A program made the position numbers and the translations under genes. DNA of 64,000 nucleotides from a bacterium. Its GTDB lineage: Bacteria > Krumholzibacteriota > Krumholzibacteriia > LZORAL124-64-63. The stretch is from contig JANOEP010000039.1 in NCBI GenBank assembly GCA_031441465.1, positions 1 through 64,000 on the forward strand, in the 5' to 3' direction. Shown here in pieces: positions 21,769-31,633 of the stretch (positions are counted from its first letter, which is position 1; each line of letters opens with the position of its first letter). The notes under the pieces were generated by a model. The model did no database searches. It was given only the letters and a program-made list of their open reading frames with translations, and was not told the DNA's origin.

Positions 21769-23826
21769 TCAATCCGTCGGCCACGCATCGAACCACACCT
21801 CGACCCCGCCCACCACCGTCCGTCCCGCCAGCGGCAGCCCGGTCTGCGATTCCACCAGCGCATCGAACACGTTGTCGACGCGCAGGTGCAGTTCCCCGCG
21901 CGACAGCGGTCCGATCCCGCCGGCCAACACCTTCCCGACCCGCACGTTCACCGTCCCCTGCGCCGGCAACCGCCGCAACCCGTCCCCGTCGTCGTTGACG
22001 TCGGCCGACATCCGCGGCCCCAGCGCCGCACCCTCCACGGTCGTCCGCCAGCCGCCGTCGCCATGCCAGGTGAACGACAGGAACGAGATGTAGGACGGCC
22101 GATCCTCCACCGCCCCGTCGTACCGCCCGCCCGCCCGCCGCCGCGCCTCGATCACGCTGTGGTGCCCGCCGATCTCCCAGGCCGGTGCCGGCCGCCACAC
22201 GGCGACCGCTTCGACGCCCAGGGTGCGCACCGCGTCGAGGTTCACGCGTTGGAAACGGTTCGAGCCGTCGTTCAGGCCCACGCGTTCGATCGCGCCGTCC
22301 AGCCAGCTCGCGAACCCGGTCACCCCGATCTCCCAGGATCCCCGCCGCGCAACGGCGCCCAGGTCCCACAGGTCCTGCACTTCGGGCGCGAGGTCGGGGT
22401 TGGGGACGAACCGCCCGAGCGCGCCGGAGTACAGCTCCCGCAGGGCCGGAAACCGGCTGCGGCGCGCGTACGAGGCGTGCAGGGTCAGCGGCTCGCCCAG
22501 CCGGCGCTCCAGCCGCGCGAACGCGGCCGCCGCTCCGGTCGCGTCGCGCGCCGGCTTGTCGCCCGACTCGGGGGTCGTGGCCAGGTCCCAACCACCGCCG
22601 GTGCGCGCGCGCCAGCCGCCGCCGAGGTCCAGGTCCGCTTCGACGGCCGCCGCGCCGATGAGCTGGGCATACGTCAGCTCCGGCCCGGCGTACTGCAGCG
22701 ACTCGCGGTGATGGGTGTAGCGTGCGCTCGCCTGCACGGCCACGCTGCCGCGGTCGAGGTAGCGGGTCGCGCGGGCGCGGGCGAAGCCGGTGCGGTCGTT
22801 GTCGGTCTCGTGGTCGGCGCCGGGGGTGAGTGCGGGCGTTGCATAGGTCGCGTCGTCGTAGGAGCGGATCTCCTGGTGGAAGAGGTCGGCGGCGGCGTCC
22901 ACGGCGAGTTCCCAGTCATCACTCTCGCCCAGCGGCGTGCGCAACCCGGCGCCGAGCAGGCCGCGTCGCACCGCGGGGTAGCGCCAGAAGCGCGCGTCGG
23001 CGCCCAGGTGCGTCTCGGGGGGCACGCCCTTCTCGCCGTCGGATCCGAGCCATGTGAGGTGCCAGGTCGCGCCCGAGGCGCCATGGTGCTGCAGGCGCAG
23101 CAGAAGCGAGGTCTGCTCCAGGTCGCTGTTGAGTCGCTGCCGCGACGGCCCCTGGTTCGTCGGCACCGCCAGATCGGATGGGACCACGTACCCGTCCTGC
23201 GCGCGCCACGAGCCCGCCGCGAGCACCTCCCAGGCGCCCTGCCGGCGCTGGTGCAGCAGCCGACCTTCGCGCAGGACCGACTCGCCGAACTGCATGCCCA
23301 GCCGGGTGCGCGCGCCGTCCGACGGCATCGTCTGCAAGCGCAACTCGATGGTGCCGGCCAGGGCGTTGGGTCCCTCCAACACGCTGCCGACGCCGCGCAC
23401 GCCGCGCACCGATCCGATCGCGTCCACCGGCACCAGGCCGGCGTCCACGCGCTCGTCCCAGGGCACGTTCAGCGGGATGCCGTCCAACCACAGGCGGACG
23501 TGACGCTCCGACGCGCCTCGCACCATGAACACGCTTTCGCCGCGGGAGTTGACCACGGTCCGGGTCGCCGGGAGCACCGGTGACAGGTCGGCGGCCGATT
23601 GCAGGTCCTGCGCGCCCAGGACGATGGCGTCGACGGACGAGGCCGCAGAGTCGATCGTGCCGGAGGTCGTGGAGCCGTAGACGACGACCGGTTCGGTGAT
23701 GACCCAGATGGTGTCGGCGCCGGTGATCTGCAGTTCGGCGGGGAAGGCGTCGGGCACCTCGTCGGCGGCCGGGACGGCCGCGGCGCCAAGCAGGACGGCG
23801 AGCACGATGGGGATCGGGAGTCGCAT
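21769..23826 (-). CDS. TonB-dependent receptor
   Basis: Signal peptide; plug (VRG...LDGIPLN...GVGSVLEGPNALAGTI); RFPALRELY, NPDLAPE, VDNVFD, PLAGRTVVGGVEVWF. Confidence 0.9.
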   Translation of the reverse strand: MRLPIPIVLAVLLGAAAVPAADEVPDAFPAELQITGADTIWVITEPVVVYGSTTSGTIDSAASSVDAIVLGAQDLQSAADLSPVLPATRTVVNSRGESVFMVRGASERHVRLWLDGIPLNVPWDERVDAGLVPVDAIGSVRGVRGVGSVLEGPNALAGTIELRLQTMPSDGARTRLGMQFGESVLREGRLLHQRRQGAWEVLAAGSWRAQDGYVVPSDLAVPTNQGPSRQRLNSDLEQTSLLLRLQHHGASGATWHLTWLGSDGEKGVPPETHLGADARFWRYPAVRRGLLGAGLRTPLGESDDWELAVDAAADLFHQEIRSYDDATYATPALTPGADHETDNDRTGFARARATRYLDRGSVAVQASARYTHHRESLQYAGPELTYAQLIGAAAVEADLDLGGGWRARTGGGWDLATTPESGDKPARDATGAAAAFARLERRLGEPLTLHASYARRSRFPALRELYSGALGRFVPNPDLAPEVQDLWDLGAVARRGSWEIGVTGFASWLDGAIERVGLNDGSNRFQRVNLDAVRTLGVEAVAVWRPAPAWEIGGHHSVIEARRRAGGRYDGAVEDRPSYISFLSFTWHGDGGWRTTVEGAALGPRMSADVNDDGDGLRRLPAQGTVNVRVGKVLAGGIGPLSRGELHLRVDNVFDALVESQTGLPLAGRTVVGGVEVWFDAWPTD

Positions 23827-24011
23827 GGGGGTCCTTCGCGGCTGCGAGCCGGAGACGGGGCGACAGGCGTCCACCCGTCGGCAGCCGATCGCCTGATCGC
23901 TTCTAACATCGCCCGCCAGCCGACGTCAAGCCACCGGATTCGGGTTCCGGGCGGGATTGCGCTGGTGCCCGTAGCGCCGGGGCATGGTAGATTGGGTCCC
24001 GGGAGGGATGC

Positions 24012-24215
24012 ATGACGCGACGAGATGTGACGACCCGGATCATCCGCGCCGGCGAGCCGATGCCGCCGGACATCGACTGGCTGTCCCGCACCGCCGAGGA
24101 ACGGGTCGCCGCCGTGTGGGAGCTGACGCTGCTGTGCCAGGCATGGAGACAGGAAGGTCCCGGTGAACCGCGACTTGATCGATCTGTTGGCCGCGTTCAA
24201 CGCGCAGGGTGTTGA
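24012..24215 (+). CDS. Small hypothetical protein (usual upstream partner of a nucleotidyltransferase)
   Basis: WLSRTAEERVAAVWELT...PRLDRSV.RVQR, overlapping the downstream NTase start. GGAGG RBS. Confidence 0.6.
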   Translation: MTRRDVTTRIIRAGEPMPPDIDWLSRTAEERVAAVWELTLLCQAWRQEGPGEPRLDRSVGRVQRAGC

Positions 24216-24330
24216 ATATCTCGTCGTCGGCGCCCATGCGCTGGCCGTGCACGGCCACGTGCGCGCCACGAAGGACCTCGATGTCTGGGTTCGGGCGGAT
24301 GTCGAGCGGCTCGAAGCGGGCGACGTCTAG
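24163..24330 (+). pseudogene. Nucleotidyltransferase remnant with internal deletion
   Basis: VNRDLIDLLAAFNAQGVEYLVVGAHALAVHGHVRATKDLDVWVR is fused directly to the C-terminal ADVERLE motif, giving only 55 aa. Confidence 0.75.
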
Positions 24331-24366
24331 GTCAAGTGCCGGTTCCCCGGCCGGGAGGTCACGATC

Positions 24367-25104
24367 GTGAAGAATGCCCTGATCACCCTGTGCCTGCTGG
24401 GTCTCGTCGCCGCCGGCGCCGCCCGCGGCCAGGACGGGCTCGAGCTGGAGATCGGCCGCGTCACCACCGGGTACAACGACGTGGCCATCCCTGGCGACTC
24501 CGGTACCCGTCTGTCGCTGTCCGACGACCTGGAAGCCGGATCGGCGACGGCGTTCCGACTCCGTTATAGCCACCTGCACGCCGGTCGGCACTGGCTGGCC
24601 GCGCTCGCGGCGCCGCTGACGGTGAAATCCCGCGGCGCTCTGGAAGGGGCGGTCGACTTCGCCGGCACGACTTTCCCGGGCGGTACGCCCGTCGACGCCA
24701 CATTCCGTTTCGATTCCTACCGGCTGGTCTACCGCTACCGTTTCGCGGATTCTGGCCGATGGCGGTTCGGACTCGGCGGCGCCCTGAAGGTCCGCGACGC
24801 GGCGATCAAGCTGGAAGGGGGGGAGCTGAGCGCGGAGAAGACCAACACGGGATTCGTCCCGCTGCTGAGCTTCGATGTCGTCTGGGCGCCGGCGCAGGAT
24901 TGGCGGCTGCTGGTGGACGGAGAGGCGTTGGCCGCCCCGCAGGGGAGGGCCGAAGATGTCCTGTTCGCGGTCCAGTACGACCTGCCGCACCGCCTGAGCC
25001 TCACCGCCGGCTATCGGATCCTCGAGGGCGGCGCGGAGAACGATGAGGTCTACACCTTCTCCCTCTTCCACTACCTGGTCGCCGGGGCGGCCGTCCGCTT
25101 CTGA
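24367..25104 (+). CDS. Secreted / outer-membrane beta-barrel protein
   Basis: GGGAGG RBS, signal peptide, amphipathic strands, terminal Phe. Confidence 0.65.
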   Translation: MKNALITLCLLGLVAAGAARGQDGLELEIGRVTTGYNDVAIPGDSGTRLSLSDDLEAGSATAFRLRYSHLHAGRHWLAALAAPLTVKSRGALEGAVDFAGTTFPGGTPVDATFRFDSYRLVYRYRFADSGRWRFGLGGALKVRDAAIKLEGGELSAEKTNTGFVPLLSFDVVWAPAQDWRLLVDGEALAAPQGRAEDVLFAVQYDLPHRLSLTAGYRILEGGAENDEVYTFSLFHYLVAGAAVRF

Positions 25105-25137
25105 CGGGCCCGGATCCTGATCAATCGTAGGTGCAAT

Positions 25138-25620
25138 TTGTACTCGCCCGAATCCCTGCTCGACCTGCACAAACGCACCCACCGCGGGTTGGCGTCGCTG
25201 CTCAGCTACTGTCGCTGCCTCTCCGATGAGGAACTGCACCGCGAGCTGTCGGGATTCGGGTACCCGACCGTCCACCAGCAGCTGCACCACGTCATCGGCG
25301 CCCAGCGCTACTGGATCGGCGTGCTGCAGGGCCGGATCGACGCCGACGAGGACGCGCCCGACTTCCCGACGATCGAAGCGCTCGAGCGCTTCCGCGAGCA
25401 GGTCTTCGCCGCAACCGAGGCGTACCTGCGCGGCGTGTCCGCGGCGGAACTGGCCACGGCCCGGCCGATGACGACCTGGGGGAACCGGGAGAAGACGCTC
25501 GCGCCGCAGCACGTGGTGCTGCGCGTGCTGACACACGTCTATCACCACCAGGGTCAGCTCGCCGCGATGTGCCGCCTGCTGGGCCGGCCCTGCGAGGGAT
25601 TGGACTATCCGCTGGACTGA
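25138..25620 (+). CDS. DinB family protein
   Basis: TVHQQLHHVIGAQRYW and LTHVYHHQGQL His motifs. Confidence 0.85.
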   Translation: MYSPESLLDLHKRTHRGLASLLSYCRCLSDEELHRELSGFGYPTVHQQLHHVIGAQRYWIGVLQGRIDADEDAPDFPTIEALERFREQVFAATEAYLRGVSAAELATARPMTTWGNREKTLAPQHVVLRVLTHVYHHQGQLAAMCRLLGRPCEGLDYPLD

Positions 25621-25668
25621 CCGGCGGAACCATCGCTGCGAATCGAGTGTAGGAAACAGATTGGTGCT

Positions 25669-26901
25669 ATGGTGCCCGCCTATCAGGGAGCTTCCATCCT
25701 GACGATCCTACGGCGAAATTCCTTCCGGACCTGGCTGTTGCTGCCGCTGCTCGCCGGTTGCGCGGGCGACGACGCCCGCTCCGTCGTCCGCGCCGAGCGC
25801 GGCACGCTCCCCTTGGTCATGGTCGAGACCGGCGAGATCGCCGCCGTCCGCGCCCAGGACCTGCGGCCGCCGCAGGACTGGGAGGCATCGCTGGTCATCG
25901 TCGAGTTGGCGCCCGAGGGCGCCATCGTCGCCATGGGCGACACCGTCGCGCGCTTCGACGACAGCGCCGTGGCGCGCCCCCTGGCCGACGTCGAGGATCG
26001 ACTGCGCAACCTCGTCGCCCGGCGCGAGGGGACGGTCGCCAACCTGTCCAGTCAGCGCCAGGCGCTGGCCGACGCGGTGGCCATGTCCGAATTGAACCGC
26101 GAGCAGGCGCAGCTGCAGCTCACCAAGCTGCAGTTCGAGTCGCAGGTCCGCCGGCAGGAGTCGCAGCTTACGGCCGAGCGCGCCCGGATCGCGCTGGACG
26201 AGGCCCGCGCGAAACTCGTCGCGCAGGTGGTGCTCGACAGCCTGGCCCTGGCCAAGGAAGACCTCGAACTGGCCGGCGCCCGCACCGAGCGGGCGTCGCT
26301 GCTGGCGCGCCGGCGGGCCATGTCGCTGCTGGCGCCGTTGCCGGGCATGGTGGTCCACCTCGAGCAGGAAGACCGCCAGGGCAAGCGCACCAAGCCGCGC
26401 GTCGGCGACGCGATCGATCCCTGGCGGCCCATCATCCAGATCCCGGACCTGTCGGACATGCAGGTGACCATGATGATCCACGAAGTGGACCGTCACCGCG
26501 TGGCGGTGGGCCTGCCGGTGCGGCTGCGCCTGGAGGCCTATCCCGAGGTCGGATTCACCGGTCGTCTCGAGAGCATCGCACGCCTGGCCGCGGAGGTCGA
26601 GTCCGGCACCGGCGTGCGCGGGTTCGCCGCCGTGGCCCGCATCGACGGGGCCGACCCGCGCCTGCGGCCGGGGATGACGGCCATCGTGGAGATCGGACTC
26701 GGCGAGGTCGCCGACGCCGTGCTGATCCCGCGCTCGGCGGCGATCGAGCGCGACGGCGAGTGGCTGGTCTACCCGCGAGCGACCTGGCCGCGGCCGCTGC
26801 CGGTGAGGCCCGTCGCCGTGACGCCGATGACCGTGGCGGTGGCCGAGGGCCTGGCTGCCGGCACCGAACTGGTCGCCGAACCGCCAAAAGAGGACCCATG
26901 A
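25669..26901 (+). CDS. MacA/HlyD-family periplasmic adaptor (1)
   Basis: PEGAIVAMGD lipoyl half-motif, coiled coil, APLPGMVV, IPDLSDMQV, LRPGMTA. Start uncertain. Confidence 0.85.
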   Translation: MVPAYQGASILTILRRNSFRTWLLLPLLAGCAGDDARSVVRAERGTLPLVMVETGEIAAVRAQDLRPPQDWEASLVIVELAPEGAIVAMGDTVARFDDSAVARPLADVEDRLRNLVARREGTVANLSSQRQALADAVAMSELNREQAQLQLTKLQFESQVRRQESQLTAERARIALDEARAKLVAQVVLDSLALAKEDLELAGARTERASLLARRRAMSLLAPLPGMVVHLEQEDRQGKRTKPRVGDAIDPWRPIIQIPDLSDMQVTMMIHEVDRHRVAVGLPVRLRLEAYPEVGFTGRLESIARLAAEVESGTGVRGFAAVARIDGADPRLRPGMTAIVEIGLGEVADAVLIPRSAAIERDGEWLVYPRATWPRPLPVRPVAVTPMTVAVAEGLAAGTELVAEPPKEDP

Positions 26902-28154
26902 ACCCGCAAGCACGTCGCCGCATCCTGAACATCTCCGTCGCAGCGGCGGCGGTCCTGGCGGCGATCCTCGTCTGGAGCGCGCGCCGGGAGCCGGACGCGT
27001 TGGTGACCACCGTCGCCGTGCGCGGCGAACTGGTGATCGACGTGGCCACCGTCGGCCAGGTGGAAGCGGTCCGCAGCCGCAGCATCTCCCGCCTGCGCAC
27101 GGGCTTCTCGTGGGACGCGGTGCAGATCGCCCAACTCGCACCCGAGGGCAGTGTCGTCAAACAAGGCGATTTCCTGGTCCAGCTCGACATGACGACGGCC
27201 AAACAGCAGCTCGAACAGGTCGAGAACGCGCTGCTCAACGCGCAGGCCGAACTGGCGCGCCGGCGGGCCGAGAGCGACCAGCGTCTGGCCGAGCTGGAAA
27301 GCGCGCGTTTGAATCAGGAGTACAGCCACGAGCAGACCAAGCTGCGTTACGAGCTGATGGCCTTCGAGGCCGAGGTGCGTCGCCGCGAGCAGGAGTTGGA
27401 GCTGAAGAAGTCCGAGCTGTCGCTGCGCGAGGCCGGCGACCGGCTGGCCGTCCAGCGGATCATCGCCGAGGCCGAGCTGGCCAAGGCCCAGTACGACGTG
27501 CGCAACGCCGAGATGCAGGCGACGCAGGCGCGCGAAGCGCTCGCCTCGTTGACCATCACGGCGCCGGAGCCGGGCCTGGTCGTCTACAAGAGCTTCCGCG
27601 CCGGCAAGATCAAGGTGGGCGATCAGGCCTGGCCCGGCATGGAGCTGATCGATCTGCCCGATCTCACGCAGATGCAGGTGCGGACGCGGGTCAACGAGAT
27701 CGACGTGCGGCAGGTCGCCGTGGACCAGGAGGTGATCGTCACGGTCGACGCCCTGGCCGGCCTGGAGTTCCGCGGCAAGGTCACGCGCATTGCCGCGCTC
27801 GCGCGGGCCGAGGGCGAGGCCAAGGTCAAGGTCTTCGACATCGACGTCCTGATCGAGGGCGCGGCCGGCGACCTGCGCCCGGGCATGACCGCCCAGTGCC
27901 GCATCATCGTCTCGCGGCTGGCCGACGTGGTGACCGTGCCGCTCGAGGCGGTCTTCGAGCGCGACGGCAAGAGCGTGGTCTACGTGGTCGGCGGGCGCGT
28001 GGAGGCGCGTTCGGTGACGCTCGGAGAGCGCAGCGACGACTTCGCGGTGGTCGAGTCCGGCCTCGCCGGGGGCGAGACGATCTCGTTGCGGGATCCGCAG
28101 CAACCGCTGCCCGCCGCTCCCGGCAAGGACGCAACGCGGGAGGCGGCGCCCTGA
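26898..28154 (+). CDS. MacA/HlyD-family periplasmic adaptor (2)
   Basis: PEGSVVKQGDFLVQLD, ITAPEPGLVVY, LPDLTQMQV, LRPGMTA. ATGA overlap with adaptor 1. Confidence 0.9.
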   Translation: MNPQARRRILNISVAAAAVLAAILVWSARREPDALVTTVAVRGELVIDVATVGQVEAVRSRSISRLRTGFSWDAVQIAQLAPEGSVVKQGDFLVQLDMTTAKQQLEQVENALLNAQAELARRRAESDQRLAELESARLNQEYSHEQTKLRYELMAFEAEVRRREQELELKKSELSLREAGDRLAVQRIIAEAELAKAQYDVRNAEMQATQAREALASLTITAPEPGLVVYKSFRAGKIKVGDQAWPGMELIDLPDLTQMQVRTRVNEIDVRQVAVDQEVIVTVDALAGLEFRGKVTRIAALARAEGEAKVKVFDIDVLIEGAAGDLRPGMTAQCRIIVSRLADVVTVPLEAVFERDGKSVVYVVGGRVEARSVTLGERSDDFAVVESGLAGGETISLRDPQQPLPAAPGKDATREAAP

Positions 28155-28156
28155 GC

Positions 28157-29389
28157 ATGCCCCTGCTGCAGACGGCGCGCGTCGGCGTGGCGGGCCTCGC
28201 GGCCCACCGCCTGCGCTCGCTGCTGACCACCCTGGGCATCGTCTTCGGCGTGGCGGCGGTCATCGCCATGCTCTCGATCGGCGAGGGTGCGCGCCGGCAG
28301 GTGATGGCGCAGTTCGCTCTGCTGGGCATCGACAACCTGCTGGTCATCGACAAGCCGCCGCCGGAGCCCGCCGGCGAGCAGGAGAGCCGGCCCTTCAGCC
28401 CCGGGCTCACGCTGGCCGACGCCGCCGCCGTCCGGGAGGTGCTGCCGGGCGTGCGGCGCGTGGTGCCGCTGCGCATCGTCGAGCTGGACGTGCAGGCGGG
28501 ACGCAAGCGCGTGTCGGCCAGCGCCGTCGGCACGACGCCGGACTACGTCGGCGTCATGCGCAGCCGACCGGCCTCGGGGCGCTTCTTCACGTCCGGCGAG
28601 GTGGACTCGGTGGCGCGGGTGTGCGTGCTCGGGCCGGGCCTGGCCCGCGAACTGTTCCTGCTGGCCGACCCGCTCGGGGAGCGGGTCAAGATCGGCCGCG
28701 ATTGGTACGACGTGATCGGGGTCATGGCCGGGCCGCCCGCCGGGGCCGGCGACCGGCTCGAGGATGTGCGCGACACCGATCGCGACGCCTTGGTCCCGGT
28801 ATCCTGCGCCCTGCAGCGGATGCCGCGCAAGACCGGCGAAAGCGAGCTACACCGGCTCGTGGCTCAGGTGAGCGACACCGACCGCATCCTCGAAACGGCG
28901 GCCGTGCTCGGCGCGCTCGTGGCGCGCCGCCACCGCGGTGTCGACGACCACCGCCTGGTGATCCCCCAGCAGCTCATCCGGCAGCAGCAGTCCACGCAGC
29001 GCATCTTCAGCATCGTCATGGGGGCGATCGCCGGCATCTCGCTGCTGGTCGGGGGCATCGGCATCATGAACATCATGCTGGCCAGCGTCCTGGAACGCAC
29101 CCGTGAGATCGGCGTGCGCCGCGCCGTGGGCGCCACCCAGCGCGACGTGCTGCTGCAGTTCCTGCTGGAAGCCGTCGGCGTCAGCTTCCTGGGCGGCCTG
29201 ATCGGCGTGGCCGTCGGCATCGGGCTGGCGCAGGCCGTCGCCCGCTACGCGGGCTGGCCCGTGGCCATCGCGCCGTGGTCGGTGCTGCTGGCGTTCGGGG
29301 TTTCGGCCGCCGTGGGCGTCGTCTTCGGCTACTATCCCGCGCGCCGGGCGGCGCGCATGAACCCCATCGACTCCATCAGGTACGAATGA
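28157..29389 (+). CDS. MacB-family ABC transporter permease
   Basis: RSLLTTLGIVFGVAAVIAM, VGGIGIMNIMLASVLERTREIGVRRAVGA, YYPARRAARMNPI. Confidence 0.93.
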   Translation: MPLLQTARVGVAGLAAHRLRSLLTTLGIVFGVAAVIAMLSIGEGARRQVMAQFALLGIDNLLVIDKPPPEPAGEQESRPFSPGLTLADAAAVREVLPGVRRVVPLRIVELDVQAGRKRVSASAVGTTPDYVGVMRSRPASGRFFTSGEVDSVARVCVLGPGLARELFLLADPLGERVKIGRDWYDVIGVMAGPPAGAGDRLEDVRDTDRDALVPVSCALQRMPRKTGESELHRLVAQVSDTDRILETAAVLGALVARRHRGVDDHRLVIPQQLIRQQQSTQRIFSIVMGAIAGISLLVGGIGIMNIMLASVLERTREIGVRRAVGATQRDVLLQFLLEAVGVSFLGGLIGVAVGIGLAQAVARYAGWPVAIAPWSVLLAFGVSAAVGVVFGYYPARRAARMNPIDSIRYE

Positions 29390-30927
29390 TGAAAACACTG
29401 CTGATCGTCTGCCTCCTCGCGCTCGCCGCGCCTTGCGCCGCCGCCGCGGCCGACGCCCCGGCGGACGCTCCGGCCGATACCGTCGCGCTCACCCTGCCGG
29501 AGGCGCTCGATCTGGCGCTCGCCGGCAGCTACGACGCGCGCGTCGTGCGCCTCTCGCTGCTGGAGGCCGAGCAGGACGTCGCCGCGGCGCGCGGCCGCTT
29601 CAAGACCCAGGTGGGCCTGGCCTTCGCCGCTCCCGAATACGACGAGTCGGTGCAGGGGATCAGCGAGCCGGGGCAGCTGCCCCAGTACACCGCCTACGGC
29701 AGCCGCGAGTGGCGCGCCGGGCTCACGCTCACCCAGCCGTTGCCGACCAACGGCCGCATCGGTCTCTCGGGGGACGTCTACCACCGCACCGACACCGTCT
29801 ACGACGACCTGACCGGCGCCAATCTCGAGAGCCGGACCTTTTTCAACAGCTACCGGATCGACTTTTCCCAGCCGCTGCTGACGCCCAACACCCTGAAGCT
29901 CTCGCTCGAGCGCGCCCGGCTGAACCTCGACGAGTCGCGCCGCAACTTCACCGCCGCCCAGCTCAGCCTCGTCTACGACGTGACCGCCCAGTTCTACGAC
30001 TACCTGCGCGCCCAGCGTCGCCTGGAGATCGCCCGCCACGACCTCGCCCGGCAGCAGGACGCCTACCAGCTCGCCAGCCGCAAGTTCACCGCCGGCCTGA
30101 TCCCCGAGGTGGAGGCCCTGCAGATGGAAGTGGACCTCGCCCAGAGCCGCAACGACCTGCTCGGGGCCGAGGGCGGCGTCGCGCGCGCCGCCGACCGCTT
30201 CAAGCTGAACGTGGGGCTGCCCATGGACGCCCGCATCCGCGTCGCGGCCGCGACCGTGCCCCGCTTCTACGAGGTCGACCCCGAACTCGCGCTGCGGCAT
30301 GCCCTGGAACACCGCGCCGAGATCCGCAACACCGAAGCCGGCCTGCGCCGCGCCGAGATCACCGTCGCCGAAACCGACGCGCGCTCGGCCGTCAAGGGCG
30401 AGCTGCGCGCCTACTACGACCTCACCGGCATCGGCAGCAGCGACGACCTGCCCCTGCGCGACATGTGGGACCTGAGCTGGGACGACCTGCGGCACCGCCC
30501 CGGCAACAAGGGCGTGGCCTTCACCCTCTCAGTGCCGATCTGGGACAGCGGCGTCAACGGCGCCGAGGTGGCGGCGGCCCGCGCCGCGCTGGAGCGCAGC
30601 GGGCTCGACATCGACCAGCGGCGGCGGTCGGTGGTCCTGCAGGTCAACGCGGCGCTGAGCAACCTGGCCGAGAGCCGCGCCCGCCTCGACGTCCTGGCGC
30701 GCAGCGTCGAGGTGGCCACCCGCGGCCTGGACATCAGCCGGCAGCGCTTCGACAACGGGGACATCACGAGCCAGGAACTCGCGCTCGACCGCAGCCGGCT
30801 CACCCAGGCGAGCCTGGCCTACCTGGACGCCTTCATCCAGTACCAGCTGGCCGGCGCGGATCTGCGGCGGCAGACGCTGTGGGACTTCGAGGGGGGGCGG
30901 TCGTTGGTGGCGGAGGCGGAGGAGTGA
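29386..30927 (+). CDS. TolC-family outer-membrane efflux protein
   Basis: LTLPEALDLAL, duplicated OEP repeats (FSQPLL; LSVPIWDSG; RFDNGDIT), signal peptide. Confidence 0.9.
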   Translation: MMKTLLIVCLLALAAPCAAAAADAPADAPADTVALTLPEALDLALAGSYDARVVRLSLLEAEQDVAAARGRFKTQVGLAFAAPEYDESVQGISEPGQLPQYTAYGSREWRAGLTLTQPLPTNGRIGLSGDVYHRTDTVYDDLTGANLESRTFFNSYRIDFSQPLLTPNTLKLSLERARLNLDESRRNFTAAQLSLVYDVTAQFYDYLRAQRRLEIARHDLARQQDAYQLASRKFTAGLIPEVEALQMEVDLAQSRNDLLGAEGGVARAADRFKLNVGLPMDARIRVAAATVPRFYEVDPELALRHALEHRAEIRNTEAGLRRAEITVAETDARSAVKGELRAYYDLTGIGSSDDLPLRDMWDLSWDDLRHRPGNKGVAFTLSVPIWDSGVNGAEVAAARAALERSGLDIDQRRRSVVLQVNAALSNLAESRARLDVLARSVEVATRGLDISRQRFDNGDITSQELALDRSRLTQASLAYLDAFIQYQLAGADLRRQTLWDFEGGRSLVAEAEE

Positions 30928-31520
30928 ACGGCGACCGCGGTGAAAGTAACATCCGGCGTCGGCAGCGTGTCCTGCGCGACGACGTCGCCATCGTCCCCTA
31001 CGACCCCGCCTGGCCCGACGCCTTCCGACGCGAGTGCGACCACCTGCTCGCCTGCCTCCCGCGCGAACTGATCCGCCGCATCGAACATTTCGGCAGCACG
31101 GCCGTGCCGGGTCTCGCGGCCAAGCCCGTCGTGGACCTGCTGATCGAGGTGACCGACCTCGCGGCGACCAGGGAGCGGATCGCCCCGCGCCTGGAAGCCC
31201 AGGGTTACGATTACTTCTGGCGTCCGACGCACGGGGACGACGGGCCGCCGTTCTACGCCTGGTTCATCAAGCGCGACCCTGCGACCGGCGCGCGCACGCA
31301 CCACCTCCACATGGTGGAGGCGGGTTTCACCGGACACTGGGACCGGCTGCTGTTCCGGGACTACCTGATCGCCCACCCGGCGACGGCGCGGGAGTACGAG
31401 GCGCTGAAGCTGCGGCTGGCCGCCGCGTCGCCGGGCGATCGGGTGGCCTACACGCGGGGCAAGTCGGAGTTCATCGAGCGCGTGACCGCATCGGCGCGGA
31501 GGGACGCCGCCGGACGGTGA
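30924..31520 (+). CDS. GrpB (UPF0157) family protein
   Basis: VPYDPAWP, IEHFGSTAVPGLAAKPVVDL, FRDYL, YEALK, YTRGKSEFI. Confidence 0.9.
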   Translation: MNGDRGESNIRRRQRVLRDDVAIVPYDPAWPDAFRRECDHLLACLPRELIRRIEHFGSTAVPGLAAKPVVDLLIEVTDLAATRERIAPRLEAQGYDYFWRPTHGDDGPPFYAWFIKRDPATGARTHHLHMVEAGFTGHWDRLLFRDYLIAHPATAREYEALKLRLAAASPGDRVAYTRGKSEFIERVTASARRDAAGR

Positions 31521-31633
31521 CTCGTGTCAATACAGGATGATATTTCCGGGTAGATCGTGCTAGCATCCGGTCGTGCGGGTCTGGTTCACCGGCCGTTCGG
31601 CCGCCCTCGTTCCCGCCCAGCGAAAGGATTGCC

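Noticed and set aside
23900..23995. attC-like start TTCTAAC...CAGCCGAC upstream of the TonB receptor
   Set aside because: No matching GTTRRRY partner or convincing hairpin, no other attC sites and no integrase. The segment fits a minus-strand promoter (TTGACG) equally well.
23827..24011. Cobalamin riboswitch ahead of the TonB-dependent receptor
   Set aside because: Conserved B12-box elements are not visible and the leader is short.
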